Positions 61,975-64,000 of a DNA stretch of 64,000 nt are shown here, piece after piece. Source of the stretch: Carcharhinus amblyrhynchos. Taxonomy: Eukaryota. Below the pieces are notes generated by a model. It was given only the letters and a program-made list of their open reading frames with translations. It was not told where the DNA came from and did no database searches. Made by a program: the position numbers and the translations under genes. The stretch spans positions 62,434,001-62,498,000 of the forward strand of contig OZ336878.1 in NCBI GenBank assembly GCA_965287045.1, given 5' to 3'. Position 1 is the stretch's first letter; every line of letters begins with the position of its first letter.

Positions 61975-62960
61975 TGAATCGGAGAACTTACTAGTCTGTT
62001 TGCTTCAGTTTATGAGGCAATGTTTTTACCACATGATCATTAGAGCCAGTTTTGCTATGTTTCTAAGGCTTTTGTCTGCACACACTTGAAAATAAGTCCA
62101 GTCCACAGGTTTCTTGCATGTTTGGCACTGCTGATCTGTCAGTAACAATATCAATCCACATTTTCTATCATTGTATTTGCATGTTAAACTAAGCAAAATG
62201 ATGTTAGAATATGTGCTGGGCTTTCAATTTCCTGACGTTTTGTTTTAACGTTGGGAATAAACCTCTCCATATTCCATTGTCCACAGAACTTCCTGTACCA
62301 TTACATTTTCAAAAATTAATTCTTGGGATGTGGGTCTCAGTGACAGGTCCAGCAATTATTGCCCATATTTTGTCGCCTTTGGGAAGTTTAGCATGTGTGA
62401 AATACAGACACACCAATTTAAAGAAAAGACTTGTATTTTTATTGTGCCTCTTGTGACCTCAGGATGTCCCAAAATGCTTAACAGCGAATGATGTACTTTC
62501 GAAGTGTAGACACTGTTGTAATGTAGGAAATTCACGGGTAATACAGACATCAGTGCAAATGTTTTGCACCGTTTGTTTAAGTACAGATTTGTTGCCCAAA
62601 CTTGATGGAAAATATTTTTTATTCCTTTCCCCACCAAATGTTGGTAGCAGAAGAAAATGCAGGAACTTGGCTAAATGACAGAAGATTTTTGACTCCCAAT
62701 CACAAATACCAACCATCTGCATTTAGTGCAGACACTTGGCATTTACGGGGGGGGGGGGGGGGGGGGAGGTGGTGGAGTCCAGGATCTGTCTGTGCATATC
62801 TACAGATAAAAGTGAGCACAGACTTGACATCTTAAGTGCTGCACAGGCTGTTTTAACGGCTTAAGACCAGATTTGAATCTTCACTTTGCAACAAGACAAT
62901 TAGTTAAAAAAAAAACATTTTTCTCCCAGTAATAAATGGTCTGCTGCTGTTGGGAAATTC

Positions 62961-63141
62961 GTAAAAAGTCTCACAACACCATGTTAAGGTTTATTTGGTA
63001 TTACGAGCTTTTGAAGCGGTGCTCTTTCAGACTCACCTGATGAAGGGGCACTGCTCCAAAAGCTCATGATACCAAATAAACTTTAACCTTGTGTTGTGAG
63101 ACTTCTTACTGTGCCTACATCAACCCAACACCGATATCTCC
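62961..63141. mobile_element. Penelope-like palindromic terminal-repeat fragment with a decayed hammerhead core
   Basis: Inverted arms of about 69 bp (62961-63029 and 63041-63109); CTGATGA-aggggcactgctcc-AAAA. Confidence 0.7.
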
Positions 63142-63902
63142 AAGTCGTTGGGAAATTAGTTTTAAACTGCAAAGAAAAGCAAAGCAAATCCTCGGAAATG
63201 GTATTGAGCAAGCAGTTCTTGTTACGAGTTAGCCAAAGTCTAATACTTTTGATGAAGAATGAAAGGTTCATGTTCATTGTGGATTCTGAATACTGGAAAA
63301 GAGGCCAACATGTCAGGAATCAGACCAATGACCACAGAATCTCCACTCATATCTCTGTTTAGGATTTCATGTATGAGTATTGAGCACAGCCACAGCTTAG
63401 TTTTAGAAGCATATGTCCTGGTGCGCACTTAGTTGCTGGCAGACTTCTATTCAGAGGCTTTTGGCTTCAGTACATTTTGGAGCTGCATCATTCCATTTGA
63501 AACTGTTGGTCAGCTTTTATTCATTTTTTTACAGGTCTGTATAGGTTGAGATGCTCTTGCCCCATCTGTATATATCCACTGAGCATCTAAGTGGGGTTGT
63601 TGATGAAGTTGCAATGGTGGACTCAGAGCAACTTTGAGGAAACTCCTACTCTTCTAAAACTGGAAAACAATCTAGGCTGCTAACCTGTCCATCGTCATTG
63701 CCATTAATATTCCCTGACCAGACGGCAGGCGGTTCTGTTCTGCTCAGGTGAGCCGAAGCACACTATTTGTACCGAACACAATGTCAAAACTCTGCGCGGT
63801 GGATAGATTTACCTGTCAGAAAACACAAATCATTCAGAGAAGGACGCCCATCACTATCAACACTAGTCTCTAAAGCAACTCCAATTTCAGGAAGTATTTA
63901 TT

Positions 63903-63995
63903 AAGAACATAAAGAACATAAGAACATAAGAAATAGGAGCAGGAGTAGGCCATCTAGCCCTTCGAGCCTGCCCCGCCATTCAATAAGATCATGGC
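63903..63995 (-). mobile_element. CR1 3' UTR and tail
   Basis: aagaacataagaacataagaaataggagcaggagtaggccatctagcccttcgagcc, identical to the other young copies. Confidence 0.9.
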
Positions 63996-64000
63996 GTTTC

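Noticed and set aside
62747-62767. Poly-G runs (also near 13170, 55525 and 58345) as G4 elements
   Set aside because: Isolated homopolymers with unreliable length and no supporting context.

Overview
Vertebrate genomic DNA, almost certainly from a shark or other elasmobranch (inferred from the HE1/V-SINE-like, Deu-SINE-like and CR1 repeat complement). The window lies inside the nuclear receptor gene NR5A2 (LRH-1) on the minus strand. Two ligand-binding-domain coding exons are present (53379-53498, 120 nt; 37695-37842, 148 nt). The preceding exon and the terminal exon were not found and probably lie outside the window. The rest is intron, filled with CR1, L2, RTE, Rex1-like and Penelope-like retroelement fragments, about 20 tRNA-derived SINEs, three decayed PIF/Harbinger transposons with MITEs, a probable solo LTR, a 1.3 kb G-rich minisatellite and some repeat-poor candidate enhancer blocks. 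Most short ORFs in the track are spurious or repeat-derived. I see no convincing new multi-gene system. The most unusual items are: (1) two young CR1 ORF2 halves in opposite orientation, about 240 bp apart, that join base-perfectly in frame; (2) a CR1 copy whose long 3' UTR appears to carry the V-SINE core; (3) Trp at the position of human LRH-1 Gly398; (4) a Penelope-type palindrome with a decayed hammerhead core. Repeat family names come from motif recognition, not database search, and repeat boundaries are approximate unless stated.
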